Shown here: in pieces, positions 30,007-40,015 of the stretch
Layout of the letters: the number at the start of each line of letters is the position of its first letter
How positions within the stretch are numbered: the first letter of the stretch is position 1
From: Candidatus Magasanikiibacteriota bacterium
Lineage (GTDB): Bacteria > Patescibacteriota > Patescibacteriia > Magasanikbacterales > UBA922
Direction of reading: 5' to 3'
Assembly: GCA_018652595.1 (NCBI GenBank)
Contig: JABIBU010000027.1
Location: 4,416 to 68,415, forward strand
DNA length: 64,000 bases
Notes under the pieces: model-generated
What the model was told of the DNA's origin: nothing
What the model saw: only the letters and a program-made list of their open reading frames with translations
Database searches by the model: none
Position numbers and translations under genes: made by a program

Positions 30007-31029
30007 TTAATCCCAAAGCAACCCATCATCCCCGTGATGAATGCTCCAAGAAAAATACATTTCATAATATCCCGGAACGGGTTTGTTGTTTAATTTTGCA
30101 AAAACTTCTCCATCAATCTTCTCTACTTCTAGGTTATCACTATTTATTTTTTTGGTTAACTTCTTGCCTTCTTCTACATTTTTATTTGCCACAGCAACAG
30201 ACTTATCTCCTACTGGGATTACAAACATAATTTCTTTTGGTGGAAATTTATCATCAAAATCAGAGGTTGGGAAATAAATATCATCGTTATCGTCATAGCC
30301 TCCATAAGGATAGAAAGAATAATTTCGTAGATGACCAGTCTTTTTGCTTAGAACTTTTGCATTTGGATATTTTTCTTTTACAGTAGAGAAAGGAATCAAT
30401 TGCATTGGTAAAATTTCCAACTTTGTCTCAGTATAATACCCTACCACAGCCTCTCCTCGAGCCTGTGACCATAGACTTTCAGTCTTTTTGTCATACATGA
30501 GTAGATTTGATTCGAACAGTCTTCCACTAACACCAAATTCTAAAATAGCACCATCAATATTCCTATTATACACAATCCCCGAGCCACACAATGGGCAAAA
30601 AGTCGCTGTAAAATAATTATCTCCTATATTGTCATTTACAATTTCATGCCAAACAAGAATATTATATGGATAATAGCGAACTTCACCATCAAAACTAACC
30701 AAAATACCCAAAGATTCTTCTGGAAAGTCTGCTGACGCAATATTAGTAAATTTTGGATTGGTGAGTGCAGGTATTCCATCTTTCCCCGGGCCTCCAGACA
30801 AGATTTGATTAGTGTCTATTATGGTTTTGTTAAAATCTGTTTTCAAATCAGACAACCTTATATCTGGATCCATATTCTCTAGTTTCTTGGGATTTCCTTC
30901 CTCATCCATAAAACTACTAATCATATTATTTATAGATTGCTGTTTTGTATTTTTAAGATTGACGTAGACCACTCCAGCTATAATTAATAAAATAATTATT
31001 ATAGCCAGTAAAATAATATTTTTTTTCAT
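30007..31029 (-). CDS. DUF3179-family protein with N-terminal membrane anchor
   Basis: 340 aa. DGIPAL and CPLCG motifs characteristic of DUF3179. Confidence 0.6.
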   Translation of the reverse strand: MKKNIILLAIIIILLIIAGVVYVNLKNTKQQSINNMISSFMDEEGNPKKLENMDPDIRLSDLKTDFNKTIIDTNQILSGGPGKDGIPALTNPKFTNIASADFPEESLGILVSFDGEVRYYPYNILVWHEIVNDNIGDNYFTATFCPLCGSGIVYNRNIDGAILEFGVSGRLFESNLLMYDKKTESLWSQARGEAVVGYYTETKLEILPMQLIPFSTVKEKYPNAKVLSKKTGHLRNYSFYPYGGYDDNDDIYFPTSDFDDKFPPKEIMFVIPVGDKSVAVANKNVEEGKKLTKKINSDNLEVEKIDGEVFAKLNNKPVPGYYEMYFSWSIHHGDDGLLWD

Positions 31030-31137
31030 ATGTAATTAGTATAACATAAAATGATTATTCGATAAACTTGACTTGACAAAAACTGCTAAATATGGTGTTA
31101 TATAAGTAATGAAACAACTGAAACCCGGGAGGGTAAT

Positions 31138-31884
31138 ATGAAAGGCGCTCTTTACGTTCTGTGTCTGTGCTGGTTCCTTCTGGGTTGTACTGAGAATGAT
31201 CTGGTGACAGACCCTGAAGAGATTGGTGTCGCCACGGACGCCACCCCGGAAGAAAAAGATGTCGTGGAGTCCACCGACCTGAAAGAGACGGACATCGAAG
31301 GCGACGCCTACACAGGCGAGGTTGTGCCCATCTCATACCCCACCTGCGGGGATTGCGACGATGAGAACGCCTGCACTGTGGGATGGTGTTCTGACCCCAA
31401 GCAGAACCTGTGTTCATACGAACCAGTCTACTGCGACGATGAGAACGAAGAGACCGATGACTGGTGCCATCAGATTGATGGGTGCATCTACTGGTCGCAG
31501 ACCTGTGTCCAGGATGTCCACTACGAGCTCTGGACTGACATGGTCTCGGGACCCAAGATCAAGGACACAATCTTGGATGTGAGCCTGGGGTGCTGTAACA
31601 GTGACCTGGATTGCAAGGGCTCACCTTGGGGCGAATACTGCGTCGAGTGGAAACCGCCTATGGTGGGGTTTGGTCTCAAACCCGAAGAAGACGATAACCA
31701 GTACGCATGGCTCTGTCACGAATGCGAGGACAACTGCGACTGTCCTTTCGGGCAGGAGTGTGTACTCGCAATGCAAAATCTCCTCACCCAAGAGGAGCTG
31801 GATTGCTACCACGAGGAGCTCGAACAAGACTTCCTCGGAGCACCACGACGGCCTGTCTTGCGCTGTCAGGATCCAGGAGGATAG
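31138..31884 (+). CDS. Secreted Cys-rich acidic lipoprotein with myxo-type cysteine-rich repeats (CxDxDxNxCTxxxC), GC-rich island C
   Basis: Signal/lipobox MKGALYVLCLCWFLLGCTEN. Repeats CGDCDDENACTVGWCSDP and YCDDENEETDDWCHQIDGC. SD GGGAGGG. GC about 56%. Upstream TTGACA promoter-like sequence. Confidence 0.55.
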   Translation: MKGALYVLCLCWFLLGCTENDLVTDPEEIGVATDATPEEKDVVESTDLKETDIEGDAYTGEVVPISYPTCGDCDDENACTVGWCSDPKQNLCSYEPVYCDDENEETDDWCHQIDGCIYWSQTCVQDVHYELWTDMVSGPKIKDTILDVSLGCCNSDLDCKGSPWGEYCVEWKPPMVGFGLKPEEDDNQYAWLCHECEDNCDCPFGQECVLAMQNLLTQEELDCYHEELEQDFLGAPRRPVLRCQDPGG

Positions 31885-31973
31885 ACATCGATCCTTCTAA
31901 AACATATTGGGCCACCCCCGTCGGGGGTGGTTGGAGAAGAACGTGGGCGAACAACACTGTTCGTCCACCACAC

Positions 31974-32003
31974 AAAAAACACCTATGAAGGTGTTTTTTG
32001 TTA
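31974..32003. terminator. Bidirectional rho-independent terminator (AAAAAACACC-TATGAA-GGTGTTTTTTG)
   Basis: Perfect hairpin between island C and the uvrC stop. Confidence 0.6.
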
Positions 32004-33212
32004 CTTAATTTTTCTTTTACTTCTATTAAATACTATTGCAAATCGATGAGCTTCGTCTCGGACCTGAATCAAGAGTTTTTGATTTGCCTTAACCCATTTA
32101 TCAGATTTTATACTTCGTGCAAATATAAATTCATTTTTCTTTCTATCTGACCCCTTGGCAATTCCGACTACTGGAATTTTTAGTAAATTTTGTTTGAGAA
32201 TTGCCTTTGTTTTATTAACTTGTGGTTTGCCACCGTCTACCAATATAACGTCCGGATACGGCCATTCTGGATGCTTTAGACGCCTTTCCAGTACCTCTGC
32301 GAGACAGTCTACATCACTTTGTCCTATTACTTTTTTAATATTGAATTTTCGATAGTCTTGTTTTTTAGAGTGGCCATTTTCAAACACTACCATTGAGCCG
32401 ACTTTATGAACGGAACCCAAATTTGATATGTCGTAACCCTCTATGCGAATTGTTGATCCTTGTTTTTTGATCTCTGTTTTAACAAAAGATTTATTGAGTA
32501 GAGCAATGTCTTGTATTTTATTTAAGTTTTTTATTTGGTTCCTAAGACGAGCTGCTTCTTCGAAGTTTTCTTGTTTAGAGACTAGTTTCATTTTCTTTTC
32601 CAGGTCTTTTATAAGACTTTTTTTATTTCCACGGAGAAATTTTGTAAGGGGAGCTATTACTCGCTTTTTATATTCAGTCGAGCTTATTTCACCATTACAA
32701 ACACCCAGACACTGTCCAAGTTGGTGATAAAAACATGGTTTGGTATTTTTTTCACTACAGGTAGAAATATAAAATAACTTTTGAAGTAATCTCATCATTT
32801 CTTTTACTTTTAGCCCTGGATATGGACCAAACATAAGCTTGGCATGCTTATTACTGTCGGCTTCGTGCTGTCTTATAGTCAAAACTCGTGGAAATTTCTC
32901 ATCAGTTATCACTATATAATTCCAAGACTTGTCATCTTTCCAATCTATATTATATTTTGGTCTATATTTCTTTATGTAATTTCCTTCTAAAATAATTGCT
33001 TCTAGTGTTGAATCAGTTTGAATAGTTTTTATATTTTTTACTTGATCGATCATTTGCTCTATTGGACGTGAGGTTCGCTTGCCAGAAAAATATGATCTCA
33101 CTCTACTTTTCAAATTTGTAGCTTTTCCAACATAAATCAACTCTTTTTTTGAATTATAAAAGAGGTATATTCCTGATGTGGTTGGTAAAGTTTTAAGATT
33201 TTTTTTGGTCAT
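32001..33212 (-). CDS. uvrC: Excinuclease ABC subunit C (short form lacking C-terminal HhH region)
   Basis: 403 aa. N-terminal GIY-YIG (GIYLFYNSKKELIYVGKATNLKSR) and an RNase H-like endonuclease region. Confidence 0.75.
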   Translation of the reverse strand: MTKKNLKTLPTTSGIYLFYNSKKELIYVGKATNLKSRVRSYFSGKRTSRPIEQMIDQVKNIKTIQTDSTLEAIILEGNYIKKYRPKYNIDWKDDKSWNYIVITDEKFPRVLTIRQHEADSNKHAKLMFGPYPGLKVKEMMRLLQKLFYISTCSEKNTKPCFYHQLGQCLGVCNGEISSTEYKKRVIAPLTKFLRGNKKSLIKDLEKKMKLVSKQENFEEAARLRNQIKNLNKIQDIALLNKSFVKTEIKKQGSTIRIEGYDISNLGSVHKVGSMVVFENGHSKKQDYRKFNIKKVIGQSDVDCLAEVLERRLKHPEWPYPDVILVDGGKPQVNKTKAILKQNLLKIPVVGIAKGSDRKKNEFIFARSIKSDKWVKANQKLLIQVRDEAHRFAIVFNRSKRKIK

Positions 33213-35717
33213 CTATTTTAAATGTTTCTTCAAATACTTCCCAGTAAAACTACCGGCTTTTCTCGCCACTTCTTCTGGTGTTCCAATTGCAACGACTTCC
33301 CCACCCTTGTCACCACCCTCTGGACCTAGATCTACTATCCAGTCAGCACATTTTATTACATCTAGATTGTGCTCAATTATCATAACAGTATTTCCTTTTG
33401 AAACCAAATCTTGTAACACGCTGATTAGTTTTTTTACATCTTCATAGTGCAGGCCAGTTGTTGGCTCGTCTAGTAAATATAGTGTCTTAGTAGTATTACG
33501 TTTAGCAAGTTCTTTGGATAGTTTTGTTCTCTGAGCCTCCCCACCAGAAAGTGTCTTGGCAGATTGACCAAGCGTAAGATAACCAAGACCGACTCGATCA
33601 AGCATTTTTAATTTGTCAGCCACATTTGGAATGTCAGTAAAAAATTCAGAGGCCTGTGTAATTGTCATGTCTAGAACATCGGCAATATTTTTTCCATCAT
33701 AGTGAATTGCGAGTGTCTCCTGATTAAATCTTTTTCCCTTGCAGACATCACAAACAATCTGCACATCTGGAAGAAAGTGCATCTCAATATTAAGAACTCC
33801 TTTTCCTTCGCAGTTTTCACATCTTCCACCTGGACGATTGAAACTAAAACGACCAACTTTGAAAGCTTTCATTCTTGCCTCAGCTGTCGCAGCAAATAAT
33901 TCTCTGATTGGTCCCCAAGTACCTGTATAAGTTGCGGGGTTTGATCTAGGACTTCTACCAATAGCGCGCTGATCAATACGAATAATTTTATCAATATAAT
34001 CTGTTCCGGTAATACTAGCATGTTTGCCAACATGTTTTTTTGTATGGTTTAGACGATTTGAGACAGTTCTATACAAAATCTTATTCATGAGAGTCGACTT
34101 TCCACTTCCAGAGACACCAGTAAGACAGACAAAGCGACGTAAAGGAATTTCTACATTAATATCTTTCAAGTTATGTTCGCTGGCTTTTTTGATTTTTATT
34201 TTTGGTGAATACTTATCAACTTTGCGACGTTTTTCTGGTAGATCAATTTTTAATTCACGACGTAAGTATTTTCCAGTTAGAGATTTCTTTGCTTGAGTAC
34301 TTTTTGCTTCTAATAATTCTTGTCTTTCACCACTAAAAGTTATCTTTCCGCCATGCTCCCCCGCTCCTGGACCAATATCCACTACCCAATCACTCGCCAT
34401 AATAGTATCTTCGTCATGCTCTACTACAATAATAGTATTCCCAGCATCACAAAGATTGCGCAAAGTGGAAACTAGCTGATCATTATCTTTTTGATGTAAG
34501 CCTATTGTTGGCTCATCTAGTACATAGAGTGCACCAACAAGCTTTTGGCCGACTTGTGAGGCAAGACGAATACGTTGAGCCTCTCCACCAGAAAGTGTTC
34601 CAGCTTTTCTATTTATTGTAATATAGTGCAATCCCACATCCATTAGAAATGATAAACGATTTTCAATTTCCTTCAAGGCTGGCCCAGAAATTTCTTTTTC
34701 AGTATCACTAAGTTTTTCATCTAGCTGCAAAAAGAAATACAAGGCATCACCAATAGTGAGATCTGTTACTTCCCAAATATTTTTTCCGCCTATTTTTACA
34801 CTTAGAGAATTTTTATTTAGCCTCTTACCATCACACTTGGGGCAATCATCTTCGGAAAACAAAGTCTTGGTTCCAAGCCCAGTACAATAATCACAATAGC
34901 CGTAAGGGCTGTTGAAACTAAACAAGCGCGGTTCAATCTCAGGAAAACTAAAACCGTCCTTTGGACAAGAGTATTCTGTACTATAAATATTTTCAGTTTT
35001 GTCAGCATAAATCACAGTACAAAGACCATCACTCAAATCTACGGCAGTCTCTATTGCTTCACTCAGACGATCTTTTTCTGTTCCATCAATACGATCTACA
35101 ACAACTTCAATCGTATGCTTTTTATTTTTGCTAAGCGTAATTCTATTTTTTAATGACTTAATCTTTCCGTCAACTCTAACTTCCAAAAAGCCTGAGTTAT
35201 ATAAATCATAAAGCATCTGATAGTACTCCCCTTTTCTACCACGCACGACTGGAGACAGAATAATCAATTCTCCCTTTTTCTTGCCTGCATGTTTTCTAAT
35301 TTGCTCAAACATTTCATCAATCGTCATTTTTTCAATCTTTGTCTCACAAAGTGGACAGTATGGTTGTCCTATACGAGCATACAAAACGCGCAGATAATCA
35401 TAAACCTCTGTGATAGTTGCTACGGTTGACCTTGGATTGGCTGTATGGGCCTTTTGATCGATAGAAATTGCTGGACTCAAGCCTTCAATTTCATCTACAT
35501 CAGGTTTTTGCATGCCACCAAGGAACTGTCTGGCATAAGCTGAGAGTGATTCTACATATCTGCGCTGTCCTTCTGCAAAGATTGTATCAAATGCCAAAGA
35601 AGACTTACCCGACCCAGACAGTCCTGTAAACACTATCATTTTATTTCGTGGTAACTCAAGATCAACATTTTTCAAATTATGTTCTCGTGCACCTTTGATT
35701 TTAATTTTATCTTGCAT
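33213..35717 (-). CDS. uvrA: Excinuclease ABC subunit A
   Basis: 834 aa. Two ABC ATPase modules (GLSGSGKSS, GVSGSGKST) and zinc-finger Cys pairs. Confidence 0.9.
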   Translation of the reverse strand: MQDKIKIKGAREHNLKNVDLELPRNKMIVFTGLSGSGKSSLAFDTIFAEGQRRYVESLSAYARQFLGGMQKPDVDEIEGLSPAISIDQKAHTANPRSTVATITEVYDYLRVLYARIGQPYCPLCETKIEKMTIDEMFEQIRKHAGKKKGELIILSPVVRGRKGEYYQMLYDLYNSGFLEVRVDGKIKSLKNRITLSKNKKHTIEVVVDRIDGTEKDRLSEAIETAVDLSDGLCTVIYADKTENIYSTEYSCPKDGFSFPEIEPRLFSFNSPYGYCDYCTGLGTKTLFSEDDCPKCDGKRLNKNSLSVKIGGKNIWEVTDLTIGDALYFFLQLDEKLSDTEKEISGPALKEIENRLSFLMDVGLHYITINRKAGTLSGGEAQRIRLASQVGQKLVGALYVLDEPTIGLHQKDNDQLVSTLRNLCDAGNTIIVVEHDEDTIMASDWVVDIGPGAGEHGGKITFSGERQELLEAKSTQAKKSLTGKYLRRELKIDLPEKRRKVDKYSPKIKIKKASEHNLKDINVEIPLRRFVCLTGVSGSGKSTLMNKILYRTVSNRLNHTKKHVGKHASITGTDYIDKIIRIDQRAIGRSPRSNPATYTGTWGPIRELFAATAEARMKAFKVGRFSFNRPGGRCENCEGKGVLNIEMHFLPDVQIVCDVCKGKRFNQETLAIHYDGKNIADVLDMTITQASEFFTDIPNVADKLKMLDRVGLGYLTLGQSAKTLSGGEAQRTKLSKELAKRNTTKTLYLLDEPTTGLHYEDVKKLISVLQDLVSKGNTVMIIEHNLDVIKCADWIVDLGPEGGDKGGEVVAIGTPEEVARKAGSFTGKYLKKHLK

Positions 35718-35740
35718 ATTATAAAATGCTTGAAATGCTG

Positions 35741-35835
35741 GAAAAGCTTAGAATGCCCGAAAGGCAACTTTTCTAGTATTTTTACTGTTAAATAACTTAA
35801 TATTTTTCAAGCCTTTCCGGCTTTTTAGGCCTTTC
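35741..35835. repeat. Cluster of GAAATGCT / GCCTTTC short repeat motifs (family 3b) between uvrB and uvrA
   Basis: GCTTGAAATGCTGGAAAAGCTTAGAATGCCCGAAAGGC ... CAAGCCTTTCCGGCTTTTTAGGCCTTTCAAGCC. Confidence 0.5.
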
Positions 35836-37867
35836 AAGCCCTCTTGTTCTTTTTTAATTCACGAACTTCATCACGCAAAATAGCTGCAAGTTCAAATTCC
35901 AATGCTTTTGCAGCTTCACGCATTTGTTTTTCTTTATCTTTTATAATTTCTGCACGCGGACGTTTATCTCCCATTAAATCCAATTCTAGTAAACGTTTTC
36001 TATTTTTTGTCGTAGTGCCTTTGGTTGTTTTCATATTACCAGCAGAGATACCAAACTCGTCTAGGATATTTTTGATATTTTTTTGAATTGTTTTTGGTGT
36101 AATACCATGTTTTTTATTATAAGCCAATTGCTTTTTTCTTCTACGTGCTGTCTCACCTACTGCCCTATTAATTGAACCTGTCATATTGTCGGCATACAGA
36201 ATTACCTGACCATTTACATTACGAGCTGCACGACCAATAGTTTGTATTAAACTTCGCTCACTACGAAGAAATCCCTCTTTATCAGCATCTAGTATCGCAA
36301 CTAGTGATACTTCTGGGATATCTAACCCCTCACGAAGCAAGTTTACACCAATTATAACATCTATTTTATTGGATCTAAGATCATTTATAATCTGGATACG
36401 TTGAATAGTCTTCACATCACTGTGCAAATACTCCACTCTTATTTTTCGTTCCTTTAGATAGTCTGTTAAGTCCTCAGCCATCTTTTTTGTAAGTGTTGTA
36501 ACTAGGGTTTTTTCATTTTTTTCTATCCTATCTTCTATCCTCTCCATCACATCTTCTATCTGACTTTTGCTTCCTTCATTACCTGTAATCGGCTTAATTA
36601 TTACTTCTGGATCAACTAGTCCAGTTGGTCTTACGATCTGCTCGACAATTTGTTTACTATTTTCCATTTCATAATCTGCTGGTGTAGCAGTCGTAAAGAT
36701 TACTTGATTTACCCGATCTTCAAATTCAGCAAATTTCAAAGGTCTGTTGTCGCGCGCACTTGGCAAACGAAAACCATGCTCAATCAAAGTATCTTTTCTG
36801 GATCTGTCCCCTGCATACATACCTCTAATTTGTGGAACTGTGACGTGCGATTCATCAATAATAGTAAGAAAATCCCCAATTCCGTATTTGAAATAATCAA
36901 GTAGAGTAAAGGCAGCTTCACCTGGCTCACGATCATCAAAATATCGTGAATAATTTTCAATTCCATTACAATATCCAACGTTTCTAATCATTTCCAAATC
37001 ATATCTGGTCTTACGTTTTAGCCTTTCGTATTCCAAAACTTTTCCATTCTTTTCAAAATATTCTAATCGTTGTTTTAAATCATTTTTTATCTGAGCAAAA
37101 GCCTCGCTGCGAGCTTCGTCTCCCAAAACATAATGTTTGGCTGGGAAAAGCCACAGATCTTCTTGCTCACGCATTATTTTCCTAGTTACAGGATCAACCT
37201 GTTCAATAATGTTAATTTTCTCGTCTATTTCCATGCGATAAATCTTTTCTTCATTTACTGGCATTATTTCGAAGACTTGTCCGCGCATACGGAATGTACC
37301 ACGCTTTAGTTCAGCATTCGTGCGAGTGAACTGCATATCAATTAACTGTTTCATCATTCCCTTACGATCAAGATCTTGTCCAGCAGTAAAATGCAAAACT
37401 TCTTTTTCATACTCCTTTGGATTCCCAAGCGAGTAAATTGCAGAGACTGAGGCAACAATAATAACATCCTTTCGAGTTAGCAAAGCCTGGGTACAAGCGT
37501 GACGAAGGCGGTCAATCTCTTCATTTATCTGAGCTTCCTTTTCTATATAAGTATCACTCCCTGGCATATATGCTTCTGGCTGATAGTAATCATAGTATGA
37601 AACAAAATATTCTACAGCACTGTCTGGAAAAAATTCTCTAAACTCATTACACAGCTGGGCTGCCAAAGTTTTGTTATGAGCGATTACTAGTGTTGGTTTT
37701 TGTACTTGCTCAATTACATTTGCAACTGTAAAAGTCTTTCCTGAGCCAGTTACACCCAGCAGAGTTTGCTTTTTAATATCTTTTTTCAAACCTAAAACAA
37801 GCAACTTGATAGCACTAGGTTGATCTCCCGATGGTTTGTAATCTGATTTTAGTTTGAATTGAGTCAT
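35834..37867 (-). CDS. uvrB: Excinuclease ABC subunit B
   Basis: Start at the conserved MTQFKLKSDYKPSGDQPSAI. Helicase motifs. C-terminal UVR coiled coil. The track ORF (to 37945) reads through the upstream palindromic element. Confidence 0.9.
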   Translation of the reverse strand: MTQFKLKSDYKPSGDQPSAIKLLVLGLKKDIKKQTLLGVTGSGKTFTVANVIEQVQKPTLVIAHNKTLAAQLCNEFREFFPDSAVEYFVSYYDYYQPEAYMPGSDTYIEKEAQINEEIDRLRHACTQALLTRKDVIIVASVSAIYSLGNPKEYEKEVLHFTAGQDLDRKGMMKQLIDMQFTRTNAELKRGTFRMRGQVFEIMPVNEEKIYRMEIDEKINIIEQVDPVTRKIMREQEDLWLFPAKHYVLGDEARSEAFAQIKNDLKQRLEYFEKNGKVLEYERLKRKTRYDLEMIRNVGYCNGIENYSRYFDDREPGEAAFTLLDYFKYGIGDFLTIIDESHVTVPQIRGMYAGDRSRKDTLIEHGFRLPSARDNRPLKFAEFEDRVNQVIFTTATPADYEMENSKQIVEQIVRPTGLVDPEVIIKPITGNEGSKSQIEDVMERIEDRIEKNEKTLVTTLTKKMAEDLTDYLKERKIRVEYLHSDVKTIQRIQIINDLRSNKIDVIIGVNLLREGLDIPEVSLVAILDADKEGFLRSERSLIQTIGRAARNVNGQVILYADNMTGSINRAVGETARRRKKQLAYNKKHGITPKTIQKNIKNILDEFGISAGNMKTTKGTTTKNRKRLLELDLMGDKRPRAEIIKDKEKQMREAAKALEFELAAILRDEVRELKKNKRA

Positions 37868-37879
37868 AATTTTACGGTT

Positions 37880-38008
37880 GTCATTCCGACTGCAATGAAC
37901 ACTGGCGATAGCCAGAGAATGAAACGGAGGGATCCCTTTAGACACCTCGTTATATGTAAAACATTTTATGTGCTTCTGAAAGGGATTCCTCGGCTACGCT
38001 CGGAATGA
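37880..38008. repeat. Family 2 palindromic element (GTCATTCCGA…GGGATCCCTTT / AAAGGGATTCCTCGGCTACGCTCGGAATGAC), about 129 bp imperfect inverted repeat in the uvrB leader
   Basis: Terminal arms GTCATTCCGA / TCGGAATGAC. Related to GTCATTGCGAGG...GGCAATCCC copies at 43651 and 46460. Confidence 0.6.
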
Positions 38009-38262
38009 CAGTGTGTAAACCACAAAATGCCCCGGAAAGGGGTTTATATAGGGGATGCTGAAAGGATTAGTGTCTTAATTATACTAGATTAGTATGCTTT
38101 GGTCAAGGTGTTAATAACTTTCATTCTAAATATCTCAGATTTGTTTTTAAAATTTTACTTACTTTTATCATCTTCTTGCCCCGACAGATGTCGGGGTCAA
38201 TATGGGGATAAGTTTTTTGTACTAAAAAACAACCTTGAAATAGATTGTTTTTATTTAAAATT

Positions 38263-38964
38263 CTAAACTGCAATTTCTTCTATCTCTTGGTCCAACTCTT
38301 CTACCATCTCTTCCTCTATTTCGTCGACATATCTTTGAGCCTCTTTTTTTGGATCCTTAAATTTTGGATCTGAGCCTCCTGGAAGGCCTTCGATCTTATC
38401 AAGTTTTATGGCTTTTGGGATAACCTTCATAAAATCATCCCTCATTTGTTCGTAATTATCAAAATCCAACTCCTTTGCTTGCTTTAGATGGACACCAGCC
38501 AAAATAGGATCTACTAGATCAAAATTTACTTTAAGTTCTTTTTCTTTTACTCTCTTTTTGTCAAAATCTACATCAATTACATTTTTACCTTTTTTTATAT
38601 CATCACCATCCAGACCCAGAGCATTATAAAAAACTGTTTGTATTACCTCTTGCCTAGCCTCCTCCACATCACCTTCATTTGCTTTTTCATACATTGTCTT
38701 GTGTGGAACCGAGATTTCTGTAGGATTTTCGCCAAACTGCTTAAAATCTTCACCAAATTGTGGTGATACATTAAACTGAGTATCTGTAATTTTAACCTCA
38801 TTTCCTTTGGTTTTTTCTTTCTTCGCTTCTTCTAACAAAGCCTCTCTCTGTCCGGGCGCATAGATCATAGTTTCTTCCGCGCTAAAATCTTCCGGTCTTT
38901 CATCAGCGGGCTTACCAGATCTAGAAAAATCTCCAACATGTTGTCCGGTCATTCCTTCTCTCAT
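38263..38964 (-). CDS. Hypothetical acidic protein
   Basis: 233 aa, Glu/Lys-rich. No recognisable motif. Confidence 0.35.
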   Translation of the reverse strand: MREGMTGQHVGDFSRSGKPADERPEDFSAEETMIYAPGQREALLEEAKKEKTKGNEVKITDTQFNVSPQFGEDFKQFGENPTEISVPHKTMYEKANEGDVEEARQEVIQTVFYNALGLDGDDIKKGKNVIDVDFDKKRVKEKELKVNFDLVDPILAGVHLKQAKELDFDNYEQMRDDFMKVIPKAIKLDKIEGLPGGSDPKFKDPKKEAQRYVDEIEEEMVEELDQEIEEIAV

Positions 38965-38968
38965 ACTT

Positions 38969-40012
38969 TTAAAACTTAACTATTTTATCTAAAATCTCTT
39001 CTTTTACAATATCTTCAGACAAAGCAGGTTGTGAGTCATTATTTATCACAATTGGCAAAATATTGTATTCAACTTCTATATTATCCCCTTTTTCGAGAAA
39101 AATTGCAACATTTAAACCTTGCTGAGTATCTGTAGAAAAATATTGATCAAATATAAAATTTCCAAGGCTATAAAATATCATTTTACCATTATACTCTTCA
39201 ATCGGCTGAATCACATGGGGATGAGTGCCAATAATTACATCCGCACCAGAATCAATTATAGTGTGAGCTTTTGTTTTTACAGAATTATTTACTTTGTCTG
39301 TGATATATTCTGTACCCCAGTGTGGTATTACTACTAGATAATCAACCAAAGGACGTATTCTTTCTATTTCGAGTATAGTATCATCAAATCCTCCAACAAC
39401 TAAATCGTGATAACCTATCATTCCCACTCTTATATTATTTTTCTCAATAATAAAAGATAGGTTTTCTGGATCATTTTCTGGATCACCAAAATAGCTAATT
39501 CCTTGCTCACCCAAATAATCTCTAGTCTGTTTTAGTCCATTGTAACCAAAATTAAGAGTGTGGTTATTTGCTAAACTAAAGACATCAAAGTATTTTGCCA
39601 ACGGTTCAAGAAATTCTGGTGAAAAAGTAAAGAAAAATCTACTACCACCAGTTCCATTAGAAATTGATTTAAAATTTGTAATGGCACCCTCTAGATTTCC
39701 AATTCGCAAATCATAATCAAAAAAGTAGTCTAGATTTTGAAATGAATGATTATAATCTCCAGCTTCTAGTGTTTTCAAATAAACACTTCTGTCCAGCATT
39801 ATATCACCAGTAAAAAGTAAACTAAGCTGATCTTTTGGTAGAATTATTTCTTTTTGTTTTGGTGGTGTAATAATATCGCTCAGATTCATTTTTTGTAAGA
39901 TTGGCAAATCCTCTCCAATAACTAAATCTTTTTTTAGACTAAAATAAAAAAAAGCTGATAAGCCTATCAAAGCTGTAATAAATACAATAATTATTATCTT
40001 AAACCATTTCAT
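38969..40012 (-). CDS. CapA/PgsA-family metallophosphatase (poly-gamma-glutamate/capsule synthesis-like) with N-terminal TM anchor
   Basis: 347 aa. GDIMLDR, GTHPHV, GNFIFDQ metallophosphoesterase motifs. Confidence 0.65.
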   Translation of the reverse strand: MKWFKIIIIVFITALIGLSAFFYFSLKKDLVIGEDLPILQKMNLSDIITPPKQKEIILPKDQLSLLFTGDIMLDRSVYLKTLEAGDYNHSFQNLDYFFDYDLRIGNLEGAITNFKSISNGTGGSRFFFTFSPEFLEPLAKYFDVFSLANNHTLNFGYNGLKQTRDYLGEQGISYFGDPENDPENLSFIIEKNNIRVGMIGYHDLVVGGFDDTILEIERIRPLVDYLVVIPHWGTEYITDKVNNSVKTKAHTIIDSGADVIIGTHPHVIQPIEEYNGKMIFYSLGNFIFDQYFSTDTQQGLNVAIFLEKGDNIEVEYNILPIVINNDSQPALSEDIVKEEILDKIVKF

Positions 40013-40015
40013 ATT

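Noticed and set aside
31055-31988. Multiple overlapping ORFs in the track on both strands (31055..31417, 31322..31582, 31601..31900, 31621..31827, 31707..31988, 31784..31975)
   Set aside because: These are artefacts of high GC, which yields few stop codons. Only 31138..31884 has an SD, a signal peptide and a coherent repeat architecture.
37868-37945. N-terminal extensions of track ORFs: uvrB to 37945, UvrD-like to 6332, metG to 22190, thiI from 27191, cupredoxin fusion to 30065, greA from 43745, rlmN to 62244, island D membrane gene to 47260, UbiA-like to 54562 (GTG)
   Set aside because: In each case a conserved family N-terminus starts at an internal Met. The upstream codons run through intergenic repeat or promoter sequence. 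Coordinates were trimmed accordingly.
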